A stretch of 64,000 nt of DNA from Anolis carolinensis. Taxonomy: Eukaryota. Shown in pieces: positions 11,912-31,104 of this stretch. The notes under the pieces were generated by a model. That model was not told where the DNA came from. It made no database searches and worked only from the letters and a program-made list of their open reading frames with translations. The first letter of the stretch is position 1. Every line of letters starts with the position of its first letter. Location of the stretch: the NCBI RefSeq assembly GCF_035594765.1, contig NC_085842.1, positions 157,617,036 to 157,681,035 on the forward strand, given 5' to 3'. The position numbers and the translations under genes are program-made.

Positions 11912-12165
11912 AGGTTGCTGTGAGTTTTCCGGGCTCTATAGCCATGTTCTAGAAGCATTCTCTCCTGACGTTTCACCCTTATCTATGGCAGAGGTATCCT
12001 CAGAGGTGTATATATCTGTGGAATGTCCAGGGTGGGAGAAAGAAAGAACTCTTGTTTGTTAGAGGCAAGCGTGAATGTTGCAATTGGCCAGCTTGATTAC
12101 CATTGAATAGCCTTGCCGCTTCAAAGCCTGTCCGCTCCCTACCTGGGGGGATCCTTTGTTGGGGG
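11912..12165 (-). mobile_element. Penelope-like pLTR fragment, solo
   Basis: Same family as the GIY-YIG-bearing copy at 28.9-30.5 kb; contains the hammerhead motif. Confidence 0.8.
11962..12006 (-). ncRNA. Minimal hammerhead ribozyme motif, core intact but stem II altered
   Basis: Reverse complement reads cct-CTGAGGA-tacctctgccatagataagggt-GAAAC-GTC-agg. Confidence 0.55.
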
Positions 12166-12199
12166 GATGCCTCAGAAAACTAGAAATTCTCCTTCCTCA

Positions 12200-12560
12200 G
12201 GCCAGAGAGCACCACAGCGCCCTCTGCTGCCAAACCGATGAAACCTCGGAGGTTGTTACTGTCACTTTAATACTCTGCCAGCTTCCCATTGGCTGGAAGA
12301 TTGGAACATTCCTGCATGTCGAACGGCAACTCGAGGTCGCGATTGGCTGTTCTGAACGCTGCAGGATACTTCCTGGAATGTCTGCGAGCCAACAAGGCTG
12401 TTTCCTCGGAAAAGTGCTGGGGGACCTTCTCGTGTTCAAAATGTAATTGGTTGCCTTGGAATTGCTGGTAAGGAAAATGCTTAAAAAACACACCAGTATC
12501 TTTGGTATTTTGGAAATAGTGTATAAATAAATGCGGACGCTGCAGGGCTGGACGCAGGAT
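12200..12560 (+). promoter_or_regulatory. CpG-retaining promoter and probable non-coding first exon of NABP2
   Basis: Four ATTGG (inverted CCAAT) boxes at ~12288, 12300, 12342 and 12446; CTCF-like GCGCCCTCTGCTG at 12217; donor CTG|gtaagg at 12467/12468; local CpG enrichment. Confidence 0.6.
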
Positions 12561-13080
12561 CCATGTTCTTTAAGGGTAAATCTCTGCCTGTCAGCACGTT
12601 TTAATAAGTTGTTTCATTGCAGTTTTTAACCCATTCATTCTTCTGTTGTCATTTTTATCGGGGTGTAGGAATTAACCGATCCGGAGTGCATCTCCATTGT
12701 AGAATGATTCGATTTGACCCCACCTGGGCTGCCATGGCACAGTGCTGTGAAATCCTGAGATTTGTAGTTTGGCGAGGCACCACCAGCATCCTTTAGTAAA
12801 GAAGGTAAAGAGCCATGCAGATCTACAGCTCCCATGATTCCATCGCATTGAGCCATGGCAGTTACCAAGCGGGGTCAAACCGCAGTAATTGCACAGTGGA
12901 GATGCAGCTTCAGCCACTTGGTGCTTTGCACAGAAAGGAAAGCTGGAGTCAAAAGAACTCACCAGATGGTCCATTTTGTTTTGCTTTTGATCAGAACTTG
13001 AAATTGACTAAAAACAAGGGAAGGTGTCTTTTTCTGAATTGTCCCCTGGATAATGATGCCGTGTTTATTATTATTTTATT

Positions 13081-13292
13081 ATGACACAACAAACAAGATA
13101 GATATGCTGGATTTCGTATCACAAAATCACAAGTCGAACACTTCCCAAGTGTCTAGGACTGTGTGATGTATTTTCGGATGATGCGCGCAGATCCCAGTAG
13201 GGTGGCCTTTTGCAGTTGGCAGATTGTGATTTTGTCAATGTCTATTGTTTCCAAATGCTGGCTGAGATCTTTTGGCACGGCACCCAATGTGC
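13081..13292 (-). mobile_element. R4/Dong 3' fragment in a (TTA)n tract
   Basis: Encodes the same C-terminus (TLGAVPKDLS..ARIIRKYITQS) and 3'UTR; flanked by TTA/TAA microsatellites. Confidence 0.9.
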
Positions 13293-13321
13293 AGATCATA
13301 TTATTATTATTATTATTATTC

Positions 13322-13354
<33 letters not shown>

Positions 13355-13460
13355 TTATTATTATTAATGTTATTATTATTATTATTATATTTATATCCCA
13401 CTTTTCTCTCTTAAAATAGAATCAAATCAGCAAAAATACTAAAAACAATACGCTATACAA

Positions 13461-14109
13461 TGTGTTGTCGAAGGCTTTCATGGCCGGAATCACTGGGTTG
13501 CTGTGAGTTTTCCGGCCTGTGTAGCCATGTTCCAGAATCATTCTCTCCTGAAATTTCGCCCACAACTATGGCAAGCATCCTTAGAGGTGATACGGTCAGT
13601 TGGAAACTAGTAAGTGGGGTTTATGTATCTGTGGAATGTCCTGGGTGGGAGAAAAAACGCTCGTCTGTTTTTGGTGAGCGTGAATGTTGCAATTGGCCAC
13701 CTTGCTTAGCTGCCAGTATTAAAAATTGGCTTCCAGTGTTGAAAAATTATAAAATAAGAACAGTACATAAAGAACAACACTAAAAAAGGGAATTCCAGAC
13801 AGGAAACAATCAGGGACAGCTAACACCTCCCAATAAAGGATTCCCCAAGGCAGGAAGCAGTGAGGTTTTGAAGCTGCAAGGCTATGCAATTCTAATCAAG
13901 GTGGCCAATTGCAACATTCACACGAGCCTCAAACAGACAAGTTCTTTCTCCTACCCTAAACATTATTCCACAGATATATAAATCCACTTGCCTGGTTTTC
14001 CAACAGACCTCACAACCTCTGAGGATGCCTGCCATAGATGTGGGTGAAACGTCAGAAGAGAATGTTTTTGGAACATGGCCATACAGCCCGGAAAATTAAC
14101 AACAACCCA
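13461..14109. mobile_element. Penelope-like inverted pair
   Basis: Minus arm ~13461-13710, plus arm ~13711-14109; ATACAAT repeated at both flanks. Confidence 0.85.
14016..14058 (+). ncRNA. Minimal type I hammerhead ribozyme motif, core intact
   Basis: cct-CTGAGGA-t-gcctgc-catagat-gtgggt-GAAAC-GTC-aga. Confidence 0.7.
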
Positions 14110-14559
14110 ATACAATATACAACTTAAAAGTCTAAAACACTAAAATAGAATTAAACTAGGAACCTTTCTCCTGAGATTTCAGTTAAAATAGCATCTTGTG
14201 TCCTACATTCAAAACAGGTAAAAATAGTCGCTGTGCGGACAGAACTGGAGTTGCAACTTTCACAAAATACCAGGATGGGTGTATAATTTGTATCATAATT
14301 ATGTGAGTATCCATAACCATGGGAATAACAAGCGCAATAATGTTTTCTCTGTGTCTGGTTGGGAGCATAGGGTGGTGAATCTGGTTTTGCCTGTCCCCAT
14401 CCCTGTAGAATCTGATTTGGGATCATTCAACTGAAGAGGTTGCAACTTCTCCTGCTTTTTAAAATGACTTATGTCAAAGACTGTAAATACAGAACAAGGG
14501 AATGTGCAACATGGTTTGATCTTGAGTTGTAACCAGTAAGGACACTGATGAGATTATCA

Positions 14560-14855
14560 CAATCAGGGCCAGCTAACACCTCCCAACAAAGGATCCCCCC
14601 CGGGCAGGAAGCAGCCAGGCTTTGAAGCTGCAAGGCTATTCAGTGCTCATCAAGGTGGCCAACTGCAACATTCACACTTGCCTCAAGCAGGCAAGAGTTC
14701 TTTTTCCCACCCTGCACATAATTCCAGAGATATATAAATAAACCCCACTTGCCTAGTTTCCAACAGACCTCACAACCTTCGAGGATGCCTGCCATAGATG
14801 TGGCCGAATGCTTCTGGAATATGGCCAGACAGCCTGGAAAACTCACAGCAACCCA
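14560..14855 (+). mobile_element. Penelope-like pLTR fragment, solo
   Basis: Family similarity; internal deletion in the ribozyme motif. Confidence 0.8.
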
Positions 14856-16739
14856 ATATACTATTATTTAGAGTTTTATAGTCTGATAGCGATAACAACT
14901 TCTGTGACATCAGAATGGAGTTCTTTTTCAAACTAAAAATAACTATAGACATTTGTTTTGTTTTACATTCCTTTTTGTAGAGCAATGCTTAAAATACCCA
15001 TAGGTATTATCTTTAAAAATTCCAAATGCCGTAAAGAAAAACCTAACAAAATAACTCCTGATGTATATAAATGCCCACCCAACCACCCAGATGATGCTGA
15101 TATTGCATATGTGTCTGTATGTTTTCAGACCAGGACAATATAAAGGTGGTCTGAAACATTTGCCTTGTAGATTGTCATTGTGACTAATAATGGTTTCATG
15201 AAACTACTAAAGGATTTACAGCCTGATGATCCCAGACTGTGGAATTCATAGTCTGTACAAACTACAAAACACTTGTAGTTTGATCTTTGGTTTTTTTTAG
15301 CTGAATTTTGTTGTATTCATATTGGATCCCATGTTGTGAGAAACGTGGAATATGAACCAACTCATATTCAGATAGTTGCCAGAACTATGGCAATATTCTT
15401 TTTTAGATTTTGATTAGAGTTCATACTCAGGTCACAAAAAAAGCCACCAAAATGATCCTTGTAGTAAGTGTTTGTGGATTTAAAGTCCAAAATACCTGCA
15501 AGATTAAACATCCAAATCGACAAAACAGTGATACCTTTATTAGGCCAACCGAAAATACACAATGTAAGCTTTCGAAGCACCGCTTGACTTAGGCCCCTTC
15601 TACACTGCCATATAATCCAGTTTGAAGAAGATAATCTGGATTTTATATGGCAGTGTAGAAGGGTCCATTCTCATTGAAAAAGCGTTTTGAAAGCGTGCAT
15701 ACTATATTTTGTACGTGTTTGGTCTGCTATCCAGCTCATAGAGCTGGAGACAAATTTCTTCAAAGTTCAGAGTCCTTTATGTATGCATTATCTCATGTAC
15801 GGAGCTTCCAGACAGGCCCTATATCCCAGGATTTCATCCCAGGTTTTCTGCTTTAAATTGGATTATATGAGTCCACACTGCCAGATAATACAGCAAAGTT
15901 GAGATCACATCCTGGGATATAGGGCCTATCTGGAAGAGCCCTACATTTTCAAAACAGTTTAGCCATCTCTGTTTTACATATACAGGATTCAACATTTTAT
16001 TTTATAACAAAAGCTGATCTATATTGTTTCCTGGATATCTACATGTTTTTCATGAGTATTTTTGGATGCATACTGCAAGTCGCTTCTGGTGTGAGAGAAT
16101 CAGCCATCTGCAAAGACGTTGCCCAGGGGATTCCCAGATGTGTTATGATCCTGTGGGAAGGCTTCTCTTTTGGTCAAAGGAAATCTAGTATTATATCAAG
16201 TTTTCTAACTTTGTGTGTGTGTTTTTTAAAAAAATACATTATAACTGTACCCCCAATTTGTTTCAGACATGATAAATAAATAAAATTTGTATTTTTGCTA
16301 CAGATTTGCTGTTTGAAAATGATTTCCTCTACTTTTAATTCTTTTGAACACACAGCAGATTATATGAACAATTAAAATATTCTGTTTAACCACTACTGTA
16401 GGCACACTTCTGAAAAGTTTATGATTCTGTCCAGGTTTTTTATTGGTTTAGGTGTTTTTCCTGGTAGATTAAAAAAGTAGTAAGACTATAGATACTTCAA
16501 TCTACAAGCCAAGAGTACAAGCTGTGGTTGTGGGATTTGTGGAAATGTAATGATAGAATGAACCACTCATATCAGGACAGTATGGAATATAACTTCTATG
16601 TCCTTAGTAAAAAAAAAAAAAGGGGGGGGGGCACAGGATTGAAATAAAGCAACAATGATTCAGTTCAGCATTAAAATAAAATAAAAACATTGTCCACTGT
16701 AGACAACATGTTTTTGTTTGTTCCACTTGCTACTTGTGA

Positions 16740-23672
<6,933 letters not shown>

Positions 23673-25957
23673 CAGGCGAGGGATTAAGGGGTGCTTTTAT
23701 AGCTCTTTCATCCTCTATCTGTCTGTTGTGCTACCTTTTCTTACCTGCTGATCAGTACTGAGGAGATGATACGGAGTAGAAGAGATAGAACCAGGCAGGT
23801 GCAGAGACTCTGAAATCAACTTAAGTCTAGCCATTCACATGTGCTTTGAACATGTGATGCTGCCCAGGGAAGATATATGATCTCCAACGTGTTTCTAGTG
23901 ATGTTCCAGGTCAACTTTGTTATCCCCCCCAAGGATTTGCCATTTATGTACTGGCAGGAAATTAAAAAGTTTTAATTCCTTCTGTGTACCTCCTGTGCTA
24001 TGGGCATGGCTCCTTGAATCAGTTCCTGTTTCCAACTCTAAAATCCTTAAAACATGACTGTGGATGCATGGTTACATCTATAAAAACTGCTTCAGGTTTT
24101 AGGATTGTGGGCTAAGACAGTAGTGTTTGACTGTCCAAGAATGCGTTAGCCCTAGGAGGCCTTGTACAGAGGAGGTATACATAAGCAAACAAACAATTTA
24201 AGCCCATTTTCCCAAGGCAGACTTATCCATTGTTAAAACTATCCCAGACTAGGATAATAAGAAGGCACTGTTTGTCCAAAGATGATATTGATTGGTATTA
24301 CATGCATGTTTCTATGGATGTAAGTACAGTATGTTAAAAGTGCAGCGAAACTGTCAAGAAAAGAAATATTAGTTTTTTAAAGAATTTGTCATAGGAAACA
24401 CAACATTTTGTTGCTTAATGAATGGATTATTTTGCTGAGAACTTGAAATGGGACTGTATTTTTATTTTAGAAGGCTTCAACATGGCTAATGTTTTATTTC
24501 AGAAAACTTAAGTGTGGCTGGTCTTGAGAGTTGGCATGCATTGGGATCGGTGACACCATTTTGGTTCTTATCCATTTCTAGATGTAATTAAGTCACAGGG
24601 GATGCATAGGTTGGCCAGGTCTTTGTATGAAATAAACCTTCACAGACTTCCCTGTGGCAGTTTTGTGGGAAATTTAAATTAATACTTTGCGCTCCTCATC
24701 AGATATACTTCTCCCACACACAACTTAAGTAAAGTGCCCACAGTCCACAAAAGTCTTGGTTTCAGTTATCTGAAAGATCACAGAAGAACTGCCTACATCA
24801 GCAAAGAGTATAATACATATTTTGAAAGGAGAATAGACTGAAATAGTAACACTACAACTTTTGCCAAAGTAAACACAATTTCTCCAAAGCCAATAATAGG
24901 TAAAAATAAATGTCTTAACTTTTTTGTAATTGTGGCTTAATTGCAAGTGCTGAACTATATTTTAAACTATTCTAAAATGTTGTTTTAACTTGCGGTTCTG
25001 GTCCTACCCTCCTCTGTTCTCCACTTCCAAAAACAATTCCTTGACTTTCTTAACTGAAAGATTTTGCTTTTCAGTGTGTTTTTAAATAAAGAAATATCAC
25101 TATTGTCTAATTCTGATGTGGCTGTTTGAATGTAGCATCTATGAATGTTTGGAAAATAAATATTTTAATTGGCCTCTTGATCTGGTAAAAGTACCGTAAT
25201 TGTGCGATTCCATTGAAACTAAGGATACGAGTGTTCATGTTGGCTTACAGATCTAGGACAAACGGACATAATAGCATAGCTAACAATATCTCAGTTGATA
25301 TAGCAATTTGACATGTAGCAACTGTTTTAAGATTAGACAGCCTTAAGGGAAGTAATGTGAGTTATATGCAGCTCCTGGATAGGTTTACTCAGTGGTATGG
25401 AAAAGGTGGGCACATTAGGGGCATATGCAGATATGCCACTTTTTTTCTTTTTCTCAAAAGTTACGACATTTGGGACAGCTTGCCTTAGTCCTTTTTCATA
25501 TCCAATTTCGAGTTGGTGTTGTGTGTTTGCTGTAATTAAATTGCATGGTGCTGCTTTCATGAGGCCTATTCACACCACATGATTATGGCACCACAATTCC
25601 ACTTTAACTGTCATGCTTCCATCCTCTGAGTTGCTGGTACTTGTAGTTTGGTCAAGGGCAAGCGAATTCTGAATGCCTTTCTCTCAACTGCAGCTCCCAG
25701 GATTTACACTATGCAGTCATGGAAGTTGAAGTTGAATCATAGCACTGTAACTGTGTCGTATGAATGGGCCCCTGGATATGGAAATAATGTTTAAAATGTA
25801 TTTTTAATATTTATGCCTCTTCACTCAAAAATTATTCATTAGCTGCAACAGGTCACACAAAAAGGATAAAAGCACAGCAACCATACCCAGCAACAAGCTC
25901 AGGGGCAATACTGTTCATATGTATTTTAGCAGTATCACTCAAAATATGTGAATTACT

Positions 25958-26540
25958 TGGCTGCTGTGAGTCTTCCAGGCTGTATGGCCATGTTCCAGAA
26001 GTATTCTCTCCTGATGTTCCGCCAATATCTATAGCAGGCATCCTCAGAAGTTGTGAGGTCTGTTGGAAACTAGGCAAGTGAGGTTTATATATCTGTGGAA
26101 TGTTCAGGGTGGGAGAAAGAATTCTTGTCTGCCTGAGGCAGGTGTGAATGTTCCACTTGGCCGGCTTGATTAGTATTGAGTAGTCTTGCAGCTTCAAAGC
26201 CTGTCTGCTTCCTGCCTGGAGGATCCTTTGTTAGGAAGTGTTAGCTGGCCCTGATTGTTTCCTGTCTGGAATTTCCCTGTTTTCTAAGTCTTGTTCTTTA
26301 TTTACTGTCCTGATTTTAGGTTTGTTTTTTTTAATACTGGTAGCCAGTTCTTTCTCCCAATCTGGACTTTCCACAGATATGCAAACCCCAATTGCCTAGT
26401 TTCCAACAGACCTCACAACCTCTGAGGATGCCTGCCATAGATGTGGGTCAGGAGAGAATGCTTCTGGATCGTAGCCATACAACTCGGAAAACTCACAGCA
26501 ACTCAGTGATTCCGGCCATGAAAGCCTTTGACAACATACA
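25958..26540. mobile_element. Penelope-like inverted pair
   Basis: Minus arm to ~26346, plus arm ~26346-26540. Confidence 0.85.
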
Positions 26541-26956
26541 CATTAGATATGGATCCCATGTCTAAACCGTCAATAACTGAAGTTTCATAGATAACCTTCT
26601 ACACATAGCCTTAAGATTACCTTTCCTATGATATTTTTAACATTTTGTGCACAAATGTGTCCCTGAACCACTTGAAGCAAAGGTGTGACTACCTTAGCCA
26701 CCCACCTGGATGGTTTCAGACTTTGGAGTATTTTGGATTTCTGATTTAGACATGCTCAACCTATATAAACTATTCCAGAGTACTATATATAGCTTTGGGG
26801 ACACCTAGAAAGTTGAACCACAAAGTGTGGAATGGAACACAGTTTTTCTTGGGGTGCATCTACACCATTTTAACTGCCATAGCTCCCTGCTATAGGATGA
26901 TAGAAGTTGTAGGTTGGTGAGGTGCCATCACTCTTCGGCAAAGAAAGCTAAAGGCT

Positions 26957-27281
26957 GGGTTGCTGTGAGTTTTCCGGGCTGTATGGCCATGTTCCAGAAG
27001 CATCCTCAGAGGTTGTGAGGTTTGTTGGAAACGAGTCAAGTGAGGTTTATATATCTCTGAAATAATGTCCAGGGTAGGAGAACTCTTGTCGGTTGGAGGC
27101 AAGTGTGAATGTTGCTGTTGGCCACCTTGATTAGCATTGAATGGCCGTGCAGCTTCAAGGCCTGGCTGTTTCCTGCTTGGGGGAATCCTTTGCTGGGAGG
27201 TGTTAGCTGGCCCTGATTGTTTTCCTGTCTGGAATTCCCGTTTTCAGAGAGTTGCACATTATTTACTGTCCCGATTTTAGA
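26957..27281 (-). mobile_element. Penelope-like pLTR fragment nested in a palindromic MITE (26851-27372)
   Basis: Family similarity; splits the MITE arms. Confidence 0.8.
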
Positions 27282-27379
27282 GGCCTTGCAAAACTACAAC
27301 TCCCAAGCTATAACACTGAGCCATGGCAGTTCAAGTGCTGTGAAACCGCGTTAATTCTACAGTGTAGGTGAGTGCCGAA

Positions 27380-28030
27380 AGAGGCGGGAGGTGAACCAGG
27401 GCACGGCTCCTTCACCCACTTGTTGATAGCCACGTTGCACTCCGAAAGGGACGAGTTGAGCTTGAGCTTTCCAAATTCACATACTGCACACTTTTTTGTA
27501 AGTGGGCGGGAAAAGCCAGTCTTCGAGAAAGGCGTGGCCGACTGGCAGCCACGCCTCCTTAAACATAAACGCGCCCACTTTCACTCCCTGGCCACGCCTC
27601 CTTTCGCCTAGCCACGCCCATGCCCCATCGGCCAACCGCACTGTTCGCCACGCGAGCCGAGGGGCCCTGAGGGGGTCCTTGAACAAGATTGAGTCGTCTT
27701 GAACGCGCCTGTATTGCAGAGAGGCCGCTTTTTTCTGCGGGAGTTCAACAAAAGGTGTTCGAGAAGCGCAAAATCAGGGTGCGTGGTACGGCCGTGGGTC
27801 ATCTTTCTCGTGTGGCGTTGACAAAGTTGGACCAGGGGAAGACTTCAGTAATCAGGCAGTAATTGGACACCCGCAAAGAAGAGGCATCTCTGAGGCGCCG
27901 ATGTAGCCGGCACTGAGTTGGGGATTGAGGCGGTCTCGGGTCTCGCGGTGAGAGCAGCGTGTTGGAGGACCGGGGAGATCACTGTAGGAAGCAACGGAGG
28001 CATTTAAAGTGGGTAGTAGGTCAGGAAGTC
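27380..28030 (+). promoter_or_regulatory. CpG island promoter and non-coding exon 1 region of CNPY2
   Basis: CpG-rich, with a GC box and six GCCACG/CGTGGC motifs, ~3 kb upstream of the ATG exon, which has its own acceptor. Confidence 0.7.
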
Positions 28031-28590
28031 TGTGGGGTCCACCCACACTGCACAGTTAATGCAGTTCGGTACCACTTTAATGCAATAGAATAATGGGAGG
28101 CACCAGCACTCTTTGGCAGAGAAAGCTCAGGGCTTGTAAAACTACAATTCCCGTGATTCCATCGCGTTGAGCTAAAGCGGGGTCGAACTGCATTAATTCT
28201 ACCGTGTAGGTCACATCCTGGGTTGGACTTCCTTCCTCTCAGCCACGCATTGCCTCCATCAAATGGGGATAAATCGCAATGGCCTCCCTTGCAGGTTGTT
28301 GGGAAGGTCAGGGAGATTCTGCATTGCACGTCTTGGAAGTCTTGTTGTTAAAGAGGACGCTCCCGACCAGTGGTCGGTTCTCCAAGAATATTGCACTACA
28401 ACAGAGGGGAGCAGGCAGATTAAGGATGGTGCAGGTTCTCTCTGAGAATATGTATACATGGAATACCAACACTTGCAGGGCGATGGGACATAGTTTTCTG
28501 TCGGGGGAAGATGCAGGCCAGGAATGGTGATGGCCAAACAATGGAGGATTGTTATGTTTTCAGTACAGAATGAGAGAACAACTCAACGTA

Positions 28591-28899
28591 CAGTAGAGTC
28601 TCACTTATCCAACATAAACGGGCCGGCAGAACGTTGGATAAGCGAGTATGTTGGATAATAAGGAGGGATTAAGGAAAAGCCTATTAAACATCAAATTAGG
28701 TAATGATTTTACAAATTAAGCACCAAAAACATCATGTTATACAACAAATTTGACAGAAAAAGTAGTTCAATACGCAGTATTGCTATGTAGTAATGACTGT
28801 ATTTACGAATTTAGCACCAAAATATCATGATGTATTGAAAACATTGACTACAAAAATGCATTGAATAATCCAGAACGTTAGATAAGTGAGACTCTACTG
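28591..28899. mobile_element. Tc1/mariner-superfamily (pogo/Tigger-like) MITE
   Basis: TIR CAGTAGAGTCTCACTTATC; TA TSD. Confidence 0.88.
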
Positions 28900-28910
28900 T
28901 ATATCCCACA

Positions 28911-30488
28911 GAGTTGCTGTGAGTTTTCCAGGCTGTATGGCCATGTTCCAGAAGCATTTTCTCCTGACGTTTCACCCACATCTATGACATGCATTCTCAG
29001 AGGTTGTGAGATATATTAGAAACTAGCTCAGTGAGGTTTATATATCTCTGGAAGGTCCAGGGTAGGAGAAGGAACTCTTGTCTGTTGGAGGCAAGTCTAA
29101 ATGTTTCAATCAGCCAGCTTGATTAGTAGTGAATAGCCTTGCAGCTTCAAAGCCTGGCTGCTTCCTTCCCGGGGATCCTTTGTTGGGAGATGTTAGCTGG
29201 CCCTGGTTATTTCCTGTCTGGAATTCCCCTGTCTTCTGAGTGTTCTTTATTTACTGTCCTGATTTTAGAGGTTTTTAAATACTGGTAGCCAGATTTTGTT
29301 CATGGTTTCCTACTTTCTCTTGAAATTATCCACATGCTTGTGGATTTCAGTGGCTTCCCTGTGTAGTCTGACACTATAGTTGTTATAGTGGTCCAGCATT
29401 TCAGTGTTCTCAAATAATATTATGTGTCCAGGTTGGTTCATCAAGTGCTCTGCTATGGCTGACTTCTCTGGTTGAGCTCATCTGCAGTGTCTTTCATGTT
29501 TCTTGATATTCATGTTCACTTAATGAACCAACCTGGACACAGCATATTATTTGGAAACACAGAAATGCTGGACCACTCTAACAACCACCATGTTAGACTA
29601 CACAGAGAAGCCACTGAAATCCACTAACAATGTGGACAATTTCAGCAGAAACAAGGAAACCATGAAAATGAACAATATCTGGCTACCAGTATTTAAAAAC
29701 TCTAAAATCAGGACAGTAAATAAAGAACAACATTCTGAAGCCAGAGGAATTCCAGACATGAAACAATCAAGGCCAGCTAACACCTCCCAACAAAGGATAC
29801 CCCCCAGGCAGGAAACAGCCAGGCTTTATCGCTACAAGGCCATTAAATGCTAATCAAGGTGGTCAATAGCAACATTCACACTTGCCTCAAATCGGCAAAA
29901 GTTCTTTCTCCCACCCTGGACTTTTCACAGATACAGTAGAGTCTCACTAATCCAAGCTTCACTTATCCAAGCTTCTGTATTATCCAAGGCAGTCTGCCTT
30001 TTAGTAGTCATTGTTTTTGTAGTAAATGTTGCAATGTTTTGGTGCCAAATTAGTAAATACAGTAATTACTACATAACAGTACTGTGTATTGAACTGCTTT
30101 TTCTGTCAATTTCTTGTAAAACATGATGTTTTGGTGCTTAATTTGTAAAATCATAATGTAATTTTTTCTTAATCCCTCTTTATTATCCAAGATTTTTGCT
30201 TATCCAATGAGCACCAACCCCTAGAGTCGGTCACGACTGGACTTAATGTCAGGGAAAACTTTACCTTTTTAAAAATGTTCTGCCGGCCCGTTTATCTTGG
30301 ATAAGTGAGACTCTACTGTATATATAAACCCAACTTGCCTTGTTTCCAACAGACCTCACAACCTCTGAGGATGCCTGTCATAGATGTGGCGACACGTCAG
30401 GAGAGAATGCTTCTGGAACATGGCCATACAGCCCGGAAAACTCACAACAACCCACTGGTTCTAGCCATGAAAGCCTTCAACAACACAT
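28911..30488. mobile_element. Largest Penelope-like inverted pair, with GIY-YIG C-terminal remnants, interrupted by a Tigger-like MITE
   Basis: Minus arm (to ~29510) encodes KHERH..QPEKSAIAEHLMNQPGH; plus arm (from ~29520) encodes MNQPGHSILF..MLDHSNNHHVRLHREATEI. Both match the C-terminal half of a PLE GIY-YIG endonuclease. Confidence 0.85.
29934..30318. mobile_element. Related Tigger-like MITE in opposite orientation, containing a Sauria SINE 3' fragment (~30207-30268)
   Basis: Same TIRs and TA TSD; inserted into a TATA of the Penelope arm. Confidence 0.85.
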
Positions 30489-31104
30489 TGACTAAACTGG
30501 CAACAACTTATTGGTCCAAAGCATCTAATGGACCAAAGTTTGGGAGCAACTGCACTACAAGTTCCATTACTCCAGCCAGTATGGTCATAGGAGATGAGCA
30601 GGCAGATTAAGAATGGCGCAGGATCTCTCAGACAATATATATTCCTGGAATACCAACACTTACAGGGCGATGGGATACAGTTTTTGTTGAGGGAAGATGC
30701 AGGCTAGGGATGCTGATGGCCAAACAATTGAGGATTATTATGCTTTCAGTACAAATTGAGAAAACAACATCTATCCCACAGAGTCAGTAAGGGAAGACAC
30801 AGGGAACACTCTGGGAACCAAAAATAACGGTTGCCTATGGACAGTTTGCACAAAGAGCACTTTGTGCTTTAGACCTGAGCCTTGGCAGCAAATGCTACCT
30901 TCCAGAATACAGCTTAGCATAGTATGCTGTATTAAAGCAGCCCTGGATGAATATGAAGGGACACATGCACATATTTTGAAGTTTTGTGTAGTTTTTCCTT
31001 CTAATTCAAGAAGTTTGCTTTGGGATTTCAAGAAGCAGCTTGAAATAGCTTCCATAATGTCTGACTTTCCATGCAGATTGTGGCTCTTGCCCCCACCCAC
31101 AAAG

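Larger units (their letters stand above)
28410..30784 (+). repeat. Diverged ~190-bp direct duplication (28410-28590 plus 28900-28913, versus 30597-30784)
   Basis: Both copies run AGCAGGCAGATTAAG..GGAATACCAACACTT..CAGGGCGATGGGA..GATGGCCAAACAAT..TATCCCACAGAGT. Confidence 0.85.

Noticed and set aside
16609-16630. A-run followed by G-run, recurring at 52272-52293
   Set aside because: Low-complexity homopolymers with no shared flanking sequence.
30862-31104. In-frame upstream extension of CNPY2
   Set aside because: It crosses the splice acceptor at 31076 and has a non-ATG start; the ATG at 31105 gives a normal signal peptide.
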